This document shows positions 46,504 through 55,513 of a stretch of DNA of 64,000 nt, piece by piece. The stretch is from a virus. Numbering within the stretch: the first letter of the stretch is position 1; each line of letters begins with the position of its first letter. The position numbers were made by a program, and so were the translations under genes. The notes beneath the pieces were generated by a model. That model searched no databases. It saw nothing but the letters and a program-made list of their open reading frames with translations, and was not told the DNA's origin. The stretch spans positions 1 through 64,000 of IMG/VR virus record IMGVR_UViG_3300045988_154841. One strand, 5' to 3'.

Positions 46504-47373
46504 ATGGACGTAAGAAACATAAAAGAAGAAGCCCCTATTATTCAAGATGGTAAATATCTAGAGGGAATCTGGGAACTACAAAAGAAATTACTATCAGGCT
46601 ACATAGGTAAGATAGAAAAAGATCTGCCCATGTACCCAATAGATATGCACTCATATAAAGGCCAACAGGTACTAAAAGATTTCTCAGCTAGAGTTGTAGA
46701 AGAAACTGCTGAAGGTTATGAATCTACCTCTGCTGCTTTGAACTTAGCTGAAAAATATGGCTACAATATACATTCAATGGCTGATTCTGATTTTGAGATG
46801 CTGCTGAATCATCTGCAGAATTCAAACGAAGAACAGGCAGATGCTGTAGCTTTCTATGTAAGTCTGTTCCTCTATGCAAACGTAGATATACAGGATATCT
46901 ATGACTATTGTAATGATAGATTTGCAAAAGGAACTAACAAATATAAAGACCTAAACTCTATCATGTCTTTGGGACTAAGTCTACATCACAGAGAAGGTTA
47001 TCTCATGGAGGTTGAAAACCTATTCCCCTTGCTATCAGATGATGACTTAGAAGATCATGAGAAGGATGTAAATCATGTGAGAGGCTACATACCTGCCTTT
47101 ACAAAGATATGTTCAAAATCACACAGCCTAGAAGATCACATGCTTTGGTCAGTAACCTATCACATAAATGTTGCAAGGAATTTCTTAAAGAATAAACCTT
47201 GGAAGCAAACCCAGGAATTGACCGATATCACAAGGTATGATGAACAAATAGTATTGGGCTTTATAAAATATATGGGTTATCTGGCAGCTGTAGGATTTAC
47301 TGCAGAGTCCTTATATAACCTTTTCTATAAGAAACATAGAGTAAACATTTTTAGACAAACTAGCGGCTATTAA
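46504..47373 (+). CDS. All-alpha NTP pyrophosphohydrolase (MazG / dimeric dUTPase-like)
   Basis: It has the EExxE motif in ARVVEETAEGYE and the ExxD motif in NEEQADAVAFYVSLF. The ORF is 289 aa. Confidence 0.5.
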   Translation: MDVRNIKEEAPIIQDGKYLEGIWELQKKLLSGYIGKIEKDLPMYPIDMHSYKGQQVLKDFSARVVEETAEGYESTSAALNLAEKYGYNIHSMADSDFEMLLNHLQNSNEEQADAVAFYVSLFLYANVDIQDIYDYCNDRFAKGTNKYKDLNSIMSLGLSLHHREGYLMEVENLFPLLSDDDLEDHEKDVNHVRGYIPAFTKICSKSHSLEDHMLWSVTYHINVARNFLKNKPWKQTQELTDITRYDEQIVLGFIKYMGYLAAVGFTAESLYNLFYKKHRVNIFRQTSGY

Positions 47374-47375
47374 AT

Positions 47376-48311
47376 ATGTCAGGATTCAATAAAGCAATTC
47401 CGGGTATAACTGATAAGATGCACTCGGGAGATGAAACTGTACATGCCTTAGAATTCGCTACATCTCAGGAGGCTTGGGAAAAACTCAATGAGGCTTTCAT
47501 TAGGTTGGACCCAATCCTCTTTGAGAGAGGGGCAGTGGCTAATGCAGGAGTAGCAGTATCATATAATGTATTCGTAAAGATACGTAAAGCTTGGATAGAC
47601 CCAGAATTTGATTATGGTAGGCATTTCAATTACAAGGAGGCTAAGTGGACAAGCTTACTTAACAACTATCTAGACTTCAATCAGCTTGACTTGGTAAAGT
47701 CTCAAGTAAAGGTAAGGAAGGCTACCTATAATCAAAACTACAACATAAGCTATATATTCAACAACTCCCATAATAATGGTAAGCAATGTTTATTGTCTGC
47801 TACCTTCTCAAAGAGATTTCAGGAAGATGTGCCAGTAATAACTATGGTAATCCGAGCTTCAGAGATCACTAAGAGGTTGATTTTTGACTTCTTGCTTATT
47901 CAAAGAATGGCTGAATATGTATATGGAGTAAATCAAACGGTACAGATAAACTTGTTTGCTACTCAAATGTTTGGCAATCTTGAAACTTTGTTGATGTATG
48001 GAGCTCATAAGAAATTGAAGAAAGTAATCAAAGGCCTTGACCCAAATAACCCCTGGATTAAGAGGGTTATGGAAGTAAACGAAAAATTCTTGAAAGGCAC
48101 TGAAAAAGATTTCTCAAGCTATAAGGTATTCCTAAGAGCTTTCAAAGTATTAAGGCCAGACTTATATACCTATACTCCCCTATTGGCAAAGAATCTAATC
48201 ATAGAAGAGGATGATATAGAATACCCTGAGGATTATATAACCTATTCTCAAAGGAAGAAATATAAGAAAAAATACTTATCCAAAGCCAAACAAGTGAAAG
48301 ATGTTCAATAA
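47376..48311 (+). CDS. Divergent thymidylate-synthase-fold-like protein (tentative)
   Basis: GKQCLLSATFSKR...VITMVIRASEITKRLIFDFLLIQRMAEYV can be aligned by eye on the TS core (Cys...QRS-D...F-N/D). The terminal H-x-Y motif is absent. Confidence 0.3.
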   Translation: MSGFNKAIPGITDKMHSGDETVHALEFATSQEAWEKLNEAFIRLDPILFERGAVANAGVAVSYNVFVKIRKAWIDPEFDYGRHFNYKEAKWTSLLNNYLDFNQLDLVKSQVKVRKATYNQNYNISYIFNNSHNNGKQCLLSATFSKRFQEDVPVITMVIRASEITKRLIFDFLLIQRMAEYVYGVNQTVQINLFATQMFGNLETLLMYGAHKKLKKVIKGLDPNNPWIKRVMEVNEKFLKGTEKDFSSYKVFLRAFKVLRPDLYTYTPLLAKNLIIEEDDIEYPEDYITYSQRKKYKKKYLSKAKQVKDVQ

Positions 48312-48341
48312 GAATTTATAACAACATTAAAAATTTAAAAT

Positions 48342-49145
48342 ATGCGAATCTACAGTAGTTCAAGAGAATTGATGTCAGAAATGGGCAGAGACTTATGGGA
48401 GATGGGCCATGAAGTAAAACCCAAGACTTATCAGAATAAGGTTATCGAGGGTGATGAGAACTTTATCACCAAAGAGGAGTTCTGTAAGCAATATTGCTTG
48501 ACAAGTCTAAATGACCCTGAATTCCTATTTATCTTCACGAAGGCTAAAGAATGGGCAGATGCTGAACTTAAAGAAAGGCTATCTGGTGAATGTATAAATC
48601 CTGGAAAAGCTTGGGAATTGAGAAAAGAAGTATGGCAACAATTTTTGGTAGAAGATGACGAACCTACTCCGGATATGATAGAGCCTTATTACTTTGATTA
48701 TACTTACTCAGGTAGGATAAACAGTTCTGTGATAAATCCCGTATTTGATGAGAACGAAAGATATGATGTAGAAAGGAAATCGTATATTCCTACTATAGAG
48801 GCTTTAATTAAATTGTTGAAGTTTGACCCAGATACTAGGAAAGCAGTTTTACCAATTTTTACAGATCAGGACTGTGATTATTATGATGGTAGCCGAAGAA
48901 TACCCTGTTCAATGTATTACGGGTTTTTCATCAGAGAAGGTAAATTAAACATTACCTATCATCAGAGAAGTTCAGATTTTGTATGTCACTTCGGTAATGA
49001 TGTATACTTGGCCTGGAGAACAATGGAATATGTAGCTGATAGAGTTGGTGTTAAACCTGGACACCTTATTCATACTATAGATTCCTTGCATTGCTATAAG
49101 AAAGACTGGCATTTATTGAAAACCTCGGTAGATGATCTTATTTAA
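48342..49145 (+). CDS. Thymidylate synthase / dCMP hydroxymethylase family enzyme
   Basis: DPDTRKAVLPIF, IPCSMYYGFFIREGKLNITYHQRSSDFVCHFGNDVYLAW and DSLHCY align without gaps to E. coli ThyA [51 protein letters not shown] and GDTHLY. Confidence 0.8.
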   Translation: MRIYSSSRELMSEMGRDLWEMGHEVKPKTYQNKVIEGDENFITKEEFCKQYCLTSLNDPEFLFIFTKAKEWADAELKERLSGECINPGKAWELRKEVWQQFLVEDDEPTPDMIEPYYFDYTYSGRINSSVINPVFDENERYDVERKSYIPTIEALIKLLKFDPDTRKAVLPIFTDQDCDYYDGSRRIPCSMYYGFFIREGKLNITYHQRSSDFVCHFGNDVYLAWRTMEYVADRVGVKPGHLIHTIDSLHCYKKDWHLLKTSVDDLI

Positions 49146-49161
49146 TTGAGTTAAGTGTGAT

Positions 49162-49210
49162 GGGCAACTATCTTAAGTAGTAATACTTATGGGTAGTTGC
49201 CTTTTATAAT
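49162..49210 (+). terminator. Long hairpin intrinsic terminator
   Basis: GGCAACTA pairs with TAGTTGCC, and an inner TAAGTA/TACTTA pairing extends the stem around a GTAA loop. It is followed by TTTTATAATTT. Confidence 0.8.
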
Positions 49211-49222
49211 TTATACCCCGAT

Positions 49223-51487
49223 ATGAGAACAAGATATAAGATAATAAAGAACTATACAGAACTAGACAGATTAATAGACTTATGTATTAAAACTGGAGTA
49301 GCATGTGTAGACTTCGAAACTAATGCTGTACCAATACATAACGAGGACTTCAGGCCTACTATATTATCCGTAACCTGTATGCCTGGTTTTGGTTGTTCTA
49401 TACCCTTGAGTCACTCAGAAACTAAAGCCTATACAGATAAGGGATGGTCCTGGAAAAGGGCTTTAAAAAAATTCAGTAGGAAGGTTATAGAAAATAGGTC
49501 AGTAGTAAAGATAGCTTGGAATGCCAAGTTTGACTTCGCTATATTTCAAAAATATGGCTTGTTCTATAGAGGTACTCTGTTAGATGGTATGCTTGCTAAG
49601 TATCTACTAAATGAAGAGAGGCCTAATGATCTAAAGGAGATGGTTAAAAGGTATATACCTGAGGCTGCTGGTTATGAATCAGATAAAGGCTTTGATAGAT
49701 TACCTTGGGATAAAAAGCCTCTAAAAGAACTTTGTAGATATGGCTGTCAAGATACAGATTATACATATAGGCTCATGATATTTTTTGAAAAGAAGCTGTT
49801 AGATATTAATATGTATGATTTATACCGTAATCTTATTATGCCCGCTAGCAGAGTACTACAAACTGTAGAATTTAATGGGTTATACCTAGATAGGGAGTTT
49901 AATCAAAAACTCCTTAGAGAATACGGTCCAAAAATAGAACAGGCTAAAAATACTTGTTTAAACTTACCAGTAGTAAAAAGGTTTCAGACTTGGTATAATA
50001 AACAGAAGATAGATAACTACATAAAAAACATTGAAAAAGAATTAGAGGAGTTAGACTACAATGATCCTAAGGACTCAAGAAAAATAGCTACTAGGGAAGC
50101 GAAAATAACCAATATAAGAGCAGGAATATTCTCTACTAAAAAGGAAAAAGAACTAAATCGAGATATAAACCTGGGCAGTCCCGTTGATCTACCAAAATTA
50201 CTATTCAGTGAAGAAGGTTTTAACTTCACACCTATAAAACAAACAGACTCAGGTAAGGACTCTACTGATGAAGAATCTTTAGTTGAGTTGCGTATGAAAA
50301 TAAAAAACCCAAAATCACCAAAAGCTATATTCTTAGATTCTTTACTAGAATTAAGGGGCTTAGAAAAAATGTATAAGACCTACATATTAGGTTGGTCAGA
50401 GAAAGTTCAGGATGATAGTTGCTTACATGGTAGGTTTAATATTGTTGGTACTACTAGCGGTAGGTTAAGTTCATCTGAGCCTAATATGCAACAGATACCA
50501 AAAACATCCGTAGACCCAAACATAAAGAAACAACTTATAGCTAGGCCAGGAACCTTATATATGGCTATGGACTTTAGTCAAGCTGAGTTAAGGATAATGG
50601 CTCATTTATCCGGAGATGAAACTTATTTGAGAGCTTTTGCAAATAACGAAGATCCTCACTTAGCTATTGCTGCAAAGAAATATGGAGTACCTTATAAAGA
50701 AGCTCTAGCTATTTACGAAGATGAAGATCATCCTGAACACAAGTTATGGAAGAATCGTAGAAAACAAGCAAAACAGATTGCCTTTGGTATCATATATGGT
50801 ATTCAAGCAAAGCTTTTATCTCAGAAACTATCCGATGTAAAAGAGGGCTTGATTGTTACACCCGAAGAAGCCCAACAACAGTTGGATGAGTTTTTTGAGG
50901 ATCACCCAAAGATAAAAAAATTCATGGCTAAACAAGAAAGGCTATTAAGGAAACACGGCTATATAACTTCCTTGTTTGGTAGAAGACGTAGATTACCTCA
51001 AGTATATTCAGATGACCGTTCTGAAGCTGCTTATGCTGTAAGGCTAAGCATAAATATGCCTTGTCAGAGTAGTGCATCCGATTTATGTTTATTTGGTTCG
51101 GTATTATTATATTGGCTAATGCACCAAGGTAAATTTCCTAAGATGGATTCTGTATGTTTGGTACATGATGCCAATTATTTTAATGTTGACCCAGGTACCA
51201 TAAATGTATGGACTGTATATCAAATGTGGGATATATTTAGAAACCCAAAAACTAAAAAGTATTTTGGTTTCAGTATAGATGATGTAGATATGTCTATGGA
51301 TTTTGGTATCGGTAGGTCTATGGCTGAAGAATTGCCCTTTATCCCTGGTTATGATTATAATAAAATGCTAGAGCCTGATTTTTCTGTTGAAGAATATATG
51401 TTAGAGCATAAGAAATACAAACATGTACAGATAAAGGACTTCCCTAAACTATTTAAAAAAGACTTTGATTATTATAATAAAAAATAG
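49223..51487 (+). CDS. Family A DNA polymerase with 3'-5' exonuclease domain
   Basis: The exonuclease motifs are Exo I VDFETN, Exo II NAKFDF and Exo III YGCQDTDYTY. The polymerase motifs are A MAMDFSQAELRIMAHLS, B RRKQAKQIAFGIIYG and C LVHDA. Confidence 0.95.
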   Translation: MRTRYKIIKNYTELDRLIDLCIKTGVACVDFETNAVPIHNEDFRPTILSVTCMPGFGCSIPLSHSETKAYTDKGWSWKRALKKFSRKVIENRSVVKIAWNAKFDFAIFQKYGLFYRGTLLDGMLAKYLLNEERPNDLKEMVKRYIPEAAGYESDKGFDRLPWDKKPLKELCRYGCQDTDYTYRLMIFFEKKLLDINMYDLYRNLIMPASRVLQTVEFNGLYLDREFNQKLLREYGPKIEQAKNTCLNLPVVKRFQTWYNKQKIDNYIKNIEKELEELDYNDPKDSRKIATREAKITNIRAGIFSTKKEKELNRDINLGSPVDLPKLLFSEEGFNFTPIKQTDSGKDSTDEESLVELRMKIKNPKSPKAIFLDSLLELRGLEKMYKTYILGWSEKVQDDSCLHGRFNIVGTTSGRLSSSEPNMQQIPKTSVDPNIKKQLIARPGTLYMAMDFSQAELRIMAHLSGDETYLRAFANNEDPHLAIAAKKYGVPYKEALAIYEDEDHPEHKLWKNRRKQAKQIAFGIIYGIQAKLLSQKLSDVKEGLIVTPEEAQQQLDEFFEDHPKIKKFMAKQERLLRKHGYITSLFGRRRRLPQVYSDDRSEAAYAVRLSINMPCQSSASDLCLFGSVLLYWLMHQGKFPKMDSVCLVHDANYFNVDPGTINVWTVYQMWDIFRNPKTKKYFGFSIDDVDMSMDFGIGRSMAEELPFIPGYDYNKMLEPDFSVEEYMLEHKKYKHVQIKDFPKLFKKDFDYYNKK

Positions 51488-51490
51488 ATT

Positions 51491-51736
51491 ATGAAAAAGG
51501 TATTAGTACACGGCTCACACATCCTTATACATAAATGGGTAGCTAATTGCCCAAGCTGTGGTTGCCAATTCGAGTATGATAAATATGAGATACTTGGAGT
51601 TTTAAATGATTCGGTACCCTTATTTGTTAAATGCCCTGAATGTGAACAATATGTTAGGCATGATGATTCTCAAAAAAGTAAAATAAACGGAGGTTTACAG
51701 GATAGAGATAACATGGATACTATGGAGCTTAGATAA
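51491..51736 (+). CDS. Zinc-ribbon protein
   Basis: CPSCGC and CPECEQ pairs lie about 25 residues apart. The ORF is 81 aa. Confidence 0.55.
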   Translation: MKKVLVHGSHILIHKWVANCPSCGCQFEYDKYEILGVLNDSVPLFVKCPECEQYVRHDDSQKSKINGGLQDRDNMDTMELR

Positions 51737-51737
51737 T

Positions 51738-52154
51738 ATGGAAGTTAGTTTAAATTCTTTAGTAGTAAGGTATCAGGGTAAGAAGATAAAGATAGATATT
51801 CAAAAAGAGTTATCTATAAACCCTAATAAATTAGATTCTCAGCTGAGAGAAGTACCTTCAAGTTATTATATATTATGTAACCTTAGAGACAAGTATATAA
51901 GGAAAAGGGACACTCTAGCAAGGCAAAAGGATGAAGCCTACAGCAAAGCTTGGGTATACTATAAAGATAGCAACCCATCTTGGAATAATGACTATGTTTC
52001 AAATAAAGCTAATACAAACAACAAGTATGTTTCTCTGTACAATAGGTATCTCAAGTCGGTAGAGAAAGCAGCAAAATTTATAGCTATATGTAAGGCTTAT
52101 GAGTCTAAGGAGAACATAATGAGGACTTTATCTGCCAATCTAAGAAGACAGTAA
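51738..52154 (+). CDS. Hypothetical protein
   Basis: This is a 138-aa basic ORF. Confidence 0.6.
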   Translation: MEVSLNSLVVRYQGKKIKIDIQKELSINPNKLDSQLREVPSSYYILCNLRDKYIRKRDTLARQKDEAYSKAWVYYKDSNPSWNNDYVSNKANTNNKYVSLYNRYLKSVEKAAKFIAICKAYESKENIMRTLSANLRRQ

Positions 52155-52199
52155 GAAAACTATAGAAATATGAAAGTTTAACATTAATACATTAAATAT

Positions 52200-52604
52200 A
52201 TGTACGTACCATTAAAGTTTATAACAAAAGAAGCTTCAGAAAAAATAGCATTTGCTATAGCTTCTAATGGAGGCTTTCCTACTGAAAATAGGGTATTGAT
52301 AGTAAGCCCCAAGAATCAGGAGGTTAAAGTTGGAAATATCTTGCTACCTCAAAATACTTCCAAGGAGAATATTCCAAATAAGGGAGTAGTTATATTAAAA
52401 GGTGAGATCTCTGAAGAGTATAAATCATACAAGGGTATTATTAATACCGGTACCATAGTAACTTATGGCTTATATGCCGGTAAAAAGATAGATTTTGATC
52501 CCAAAATATTCGAAGAACTAGATAATGACTTATTTAATGCCGAAGAGAATGAATTCTCGGTATTATCTCTAACTGAAATCATATTTACAGAACTTAATAA
52601 ATAA
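52200..52604 (+). CDS. GroES-like co-chaperonin
   Basis: NRVLIVSPKNQEVKVGNILLPQNTSKENIPNKGVVILKGE and TGTIVTYGLYAGKKIDF align by eye to GroES [39 protein letters not shown] and VGDIVIFNDGYGVKSEKID. Confidence 0.5.
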   Translation: MYVPLKFITKEASEKIAFAIASNGGFPTENRVLIVSPKNQEVKVGNILLPQNTSKENIPNKGVVILKGEISEEYKSYKGIINTGTIVTYGLYAGKKIDFDPKIFEELDNDLFNAEENEFSVLSLTEIIFTELNK

Positions 52605-52612
52605 CATAAGAT

Positions 52613-53395
52613 ATGGTAAAGGAAATGAAAAAGAAGAAACTATCTACGGAAGGTACTTCAGTAAGAGAAAAATTAATGGCTAGAAAAAAGAAGCTAGCCG
52701 AGAAAGGAACTGGTAATGGTTTTGTTTTCCCGAAAAATGGAACTACTCGTATTCGCATAGTAAGTGCAGGAGCTAATGAAGAGTTCGGTGTAGAGATCAT
52801 AAGATTTTATCTTGGGGATCATTCAATATATTCCCCGGCTACTTTTGGTGAAGCATGCCCTTTCATGGAAAAATATGATGAGTTGAAAAACTCAAAAGAC
52901 GAAGATGATAAGAGGCTAGCAAAGAAACTGGTACCCTCTAGAAGATTTGCTATCCCTGCCCTAGTATATAAAGATGATAAGGGTAAAGAACTTGACTATG
53001 ACAATAAACCTAGATTGGTACTAATACCCAGTTCTGTATATCAGGATATTATTGAACTTTATCTAGATGAAGATGAAGCAGGAGATATGACTGATCCTAA
53101 GACTGGGTATGATATCAAGATTGAAAGAACAGGTACTGGGCAATTTGATACTAGTTATTCAGTTAGACAATGCAAACCTACTAAGCTAGATAAGTCACTG
53201 TTAAAGCCCGTAGATTTAGAAAGTATGGTAAAAGCTCAAATTAAAAGTTATGATGAGCTAGAAGATGAATTGGATAAATTCCTGAATACCAGGGCAGACG
53301 ATGACGATGAAGACGATGAGATGCCTAAGAAAAAGAAAAAAAGTCTAGACAAGGATAAAAAGAAGAAGAAGAAGAGTAAAAACGGCGATATTTAA
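52613..53395 (+). CDS. Putative single-stranded DNA-binding protein
   Basis: It lies in the replication module and has an acidic tail (DDDDEDDEM) followed by a poly-Lys run. I recognised no diagnostic motif. Confidence 0.3.
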   Translation: MVKEMKKKKLSTEGTSVREKLMARKKKLAEKGTGNGFVFPKNGTTRIRIVSAGANEEFGVEIIRFYLGDHSIYSPATFGEACPFMEKYDELKNSKDEDDKRLAKKLVPSRRFAIPALVYKDDKGKELDYDNKPRLVLIPSSVYQDIIELYLDEDEAGDMTDPKTGYDIKIERTGTGQFDTSYSVRQCKPTKLDKSLLKPVDLESMVKAQIKSYDELEDELDKFLNTRADDDDEDDEMPKKKKKSLDKDKKKKKKSKNGDI

Positions 53396-53427
53396 ACCGC
53401 TGCTTTTAAATACTTACTGTATAACTC

Positions 53428-53457
53428 AAGGAGCAGCTATTTAGTTGCTCCTTTTTA
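53428..53457 (+). terminator. Intrinsic terminator
   Basis: AAGGAGCA pairs with TGCTCCTT, extended by inner pairs around an ATTT loop, then a T-run. Confidence 0.65.
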
Positions 53458-54600
53458 ATGAAAATAAAAATCCTTATGGCAAGAAAGAAAATTAAAGTAC
53501 CCAGTTTAAGGGATATTCAGAAGAAATTTCCTGGACAATATATACCTTCTCAAATAGATGAAGATAAGATGCCTTGGCTTCCTTCTAGGTCTATAGCTTT
53601 AAATAAAGTATTAGGAGGAGGTATACCTTTCGGAAAAATACTAGAACTGTTCGGAGAAGAGAGTAGTGGTAAAACTCTATTGGCATATGATTTTGCATAC
53701 TGTGCTCAATATCTGGGAGGAGTAGTACTATGGGTAGATGCAGAACAATCGTTTACCAATGGATGGGCAGAAGCGAATGGCTTAGATCTATCAAAGATAG
53801 TAGTATATAGAGACACATCTATAGAAAAAATCTCTGATTGGATAGCAATGCAGGCTCTATATTGGAGATCCCAACTTACTCACAATGAGCCTATATTATT
53901 GGTATTGGATTCTATCTCTGCTTTAGATACCGATAATAACATAAACTCAGAAATGGACCAAGCTTCAGCTGATATGGGTAATAGGGCAAAGGCCATATAT
54001 AAATATTTTAGGATTAGAAATGAAATGTTATATTCTCTAGGAATTACTCAGGTATATATAAACCAATTACGTAAGAACCTGAAAGCTGGTATGTTTGAAG
54101 ACCCGGATACAACGCCCGGAGGAAAAGCTTTAGCTTTCTATGCTCACATTCGTATAGGTATGTATGGAGGTAAACAAATCACTAAGAAGATTAAGGGTAA
54201 AGAAAGAAAGATTGGCAGAGTAACTTCAATACGTACTAAAAAGAATAAAGTTGCTCCTCCTGGGCCTACTATGAAAGGTACTCCCATTTACAATAATAAA
54301 AAGTATGTAGATGTTGGTATAGACCGTTTACACTTCCTGGATGAAATTCTAATAGAGGAAGAGATTGTAGAAAAAAGCAAGGCAGGTGTATTCACTTTCA
54401 AGGGTAAAACTTTATGCAGAGGAGCTGAAAAATTTACCCATCTTTTGGCAGAGAATGACGAGCTTCGTAGAAAGTTAATAAAGAAAGCAGGAATAAATAC
54501 TCTTGGTAGTACTAAAAAGTTACTAGAATCATTAAATGAAAATTTATATCCCGTAGAGGGAGTTGGAGGAGATATAGAAGATGATGAAACAGATGAATAG
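53458..54600 (+). CDS. RecA-like recombinase
   Basis: It has Walker A GEESSGKT, Walker B LLVLDSISAL and the INQLR motif. The ATG at 53476 (MARKK) is an alternative start downstream of the terminator. Confidence 0.85.
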   Translation: MKIKILMARKKIKVPSLRDIQKKFPGQYIPSQIDEDKMPWLPSRSIALNKVLGGGIPFGKILELFGEESSGKTLLAYDFAYCAQYLGGVVLWVDAEQSFTNGWAEANGLDLSKIVVYRDTSIEKISDWIAMQALYWRSQLTHNEPILLVLDSISALDTDNNINSEMDQASADMGNRAKAIYKYFRIRNEMLYSLGITQVYINQLRKNLKAGMFEDPDTTPGGKALAFYAHIRIGMYGGKQITKKIKGKERKIGRVTSIRTKKNKVAPPGPTMKGTPIYNNKKYVDVGIDRLHFLDEILIEEEIVEKSKAGVFTFKGKTLCRGAEKFTHLLAENDELRRKLIKKAGINTLGSTKKLLESLNENLYPVEGVGGDIEDDETDE

Positions 54601-55513
54601 AAAACATTACTTACTGGTGGATGGAGAGGGTCTCCTCCACCAGTCTTTTCATAAGTTTAAAAACTTAAGTTCACACGGTTGTCCGACTGGAGCTATATTT
54701 GGGTTTTTTAAATCACTAAGAACCTATCTGTATAGATTTCAGCCAGATGATGTATACATAGTATTTGATAACGGTCACTCTAAATATCGAGATAATATAT
54801 TGCCTTCATATAAAGAGCATCGGAAAAGAATAGATATAGATTATGAATCTCTAAGTAATCAAAAGAGAGAGATAATGAGGTTACTAAAAGCCTTTAATAT
54901 CAAATACATCTATGACCGTAAGAAGAAATGTAATTTTGAGGGAGATGACTTTATTGCTTGGTTGGTTTTAAAAGAACTACCTCGAAAACAAAAGATAACT
55001 ATAATAACAGCAGATAAGGATTTTAATCAGTTACTAAGGGGCCAATCTATAAAGATATATAATCCTAGGAAAGACCAATTGATATACGAAAGTAATTGCC
55101 AAACCATATATGGTTATAGGGCTAGTGAAACGGTTGATTTCTTAAGTTTAGTTGGAGATACCTCCGATGATATACCTGGTTATAAGGGTATAGGTGAAAA
55201 GAAAGCTAAGCTTTTCTTGGATAAATATGGCTCAATTGAAAATTACCTAAATCAGGATGAATGTTTACCTGATGATGAAGGCCACTCAAAGATGAAAGAA
55301 GTATGGAGTAGAAATAGACAATTAATAGACCTTAAATGGTTCTGTAATAACTATAAACCTGGGAAACTACCCTTAGTTGAATCTCAAAAAGGTGTAAGAC
55401 TAAAGGTAATCCAAAAGAAAGCAAAGCTTTATCAACTATATTCTTTTGTAGAAGATGCTTTTCTAAATGAGTTTAACAATCAATACAACAGGACTTATGA
55501 ACAAGGAAAATAA
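54581..55513 (+). CDS. 5'-3' exonuclease / flap endonuclease
   Basis: It has LLVDGEGLLH, VFDNGHSKYR, EGDDFIAW, ITADKDFNQL and the H3TH motif GDTSDDIPGYKGIGEKKA. Alternative starts are at 54584 and 54593. Confidence 0.9.
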   Translation: MMKQMNRKHYLLVDGEGLLHQSFHKFKNLSSHGCPTGAIFGFFKSLRTYLYRFQPDDVYIVFDNGHSKYRDNILPSYKEHRKRIDIDYESLSNQKREIMRLLKAFNIKYIYDRKKKCNFEGDDFIAWLVLKELPRKQKITIITADKDFNQLLRGQSIKIYNPRKDQLIYESNCQTIYGYRASETVDFLSLVGDTSDDIPGYKGIGEKKAKLFLDKYGSIENYLNQDECLPDDEGHSKMKEVWSRNRQLIDLKWFCNNYKPGKLPLVESQKGVRLKVIQKKAKLYQLYSFVEDAFLNEFNNQYNRTYEQGK

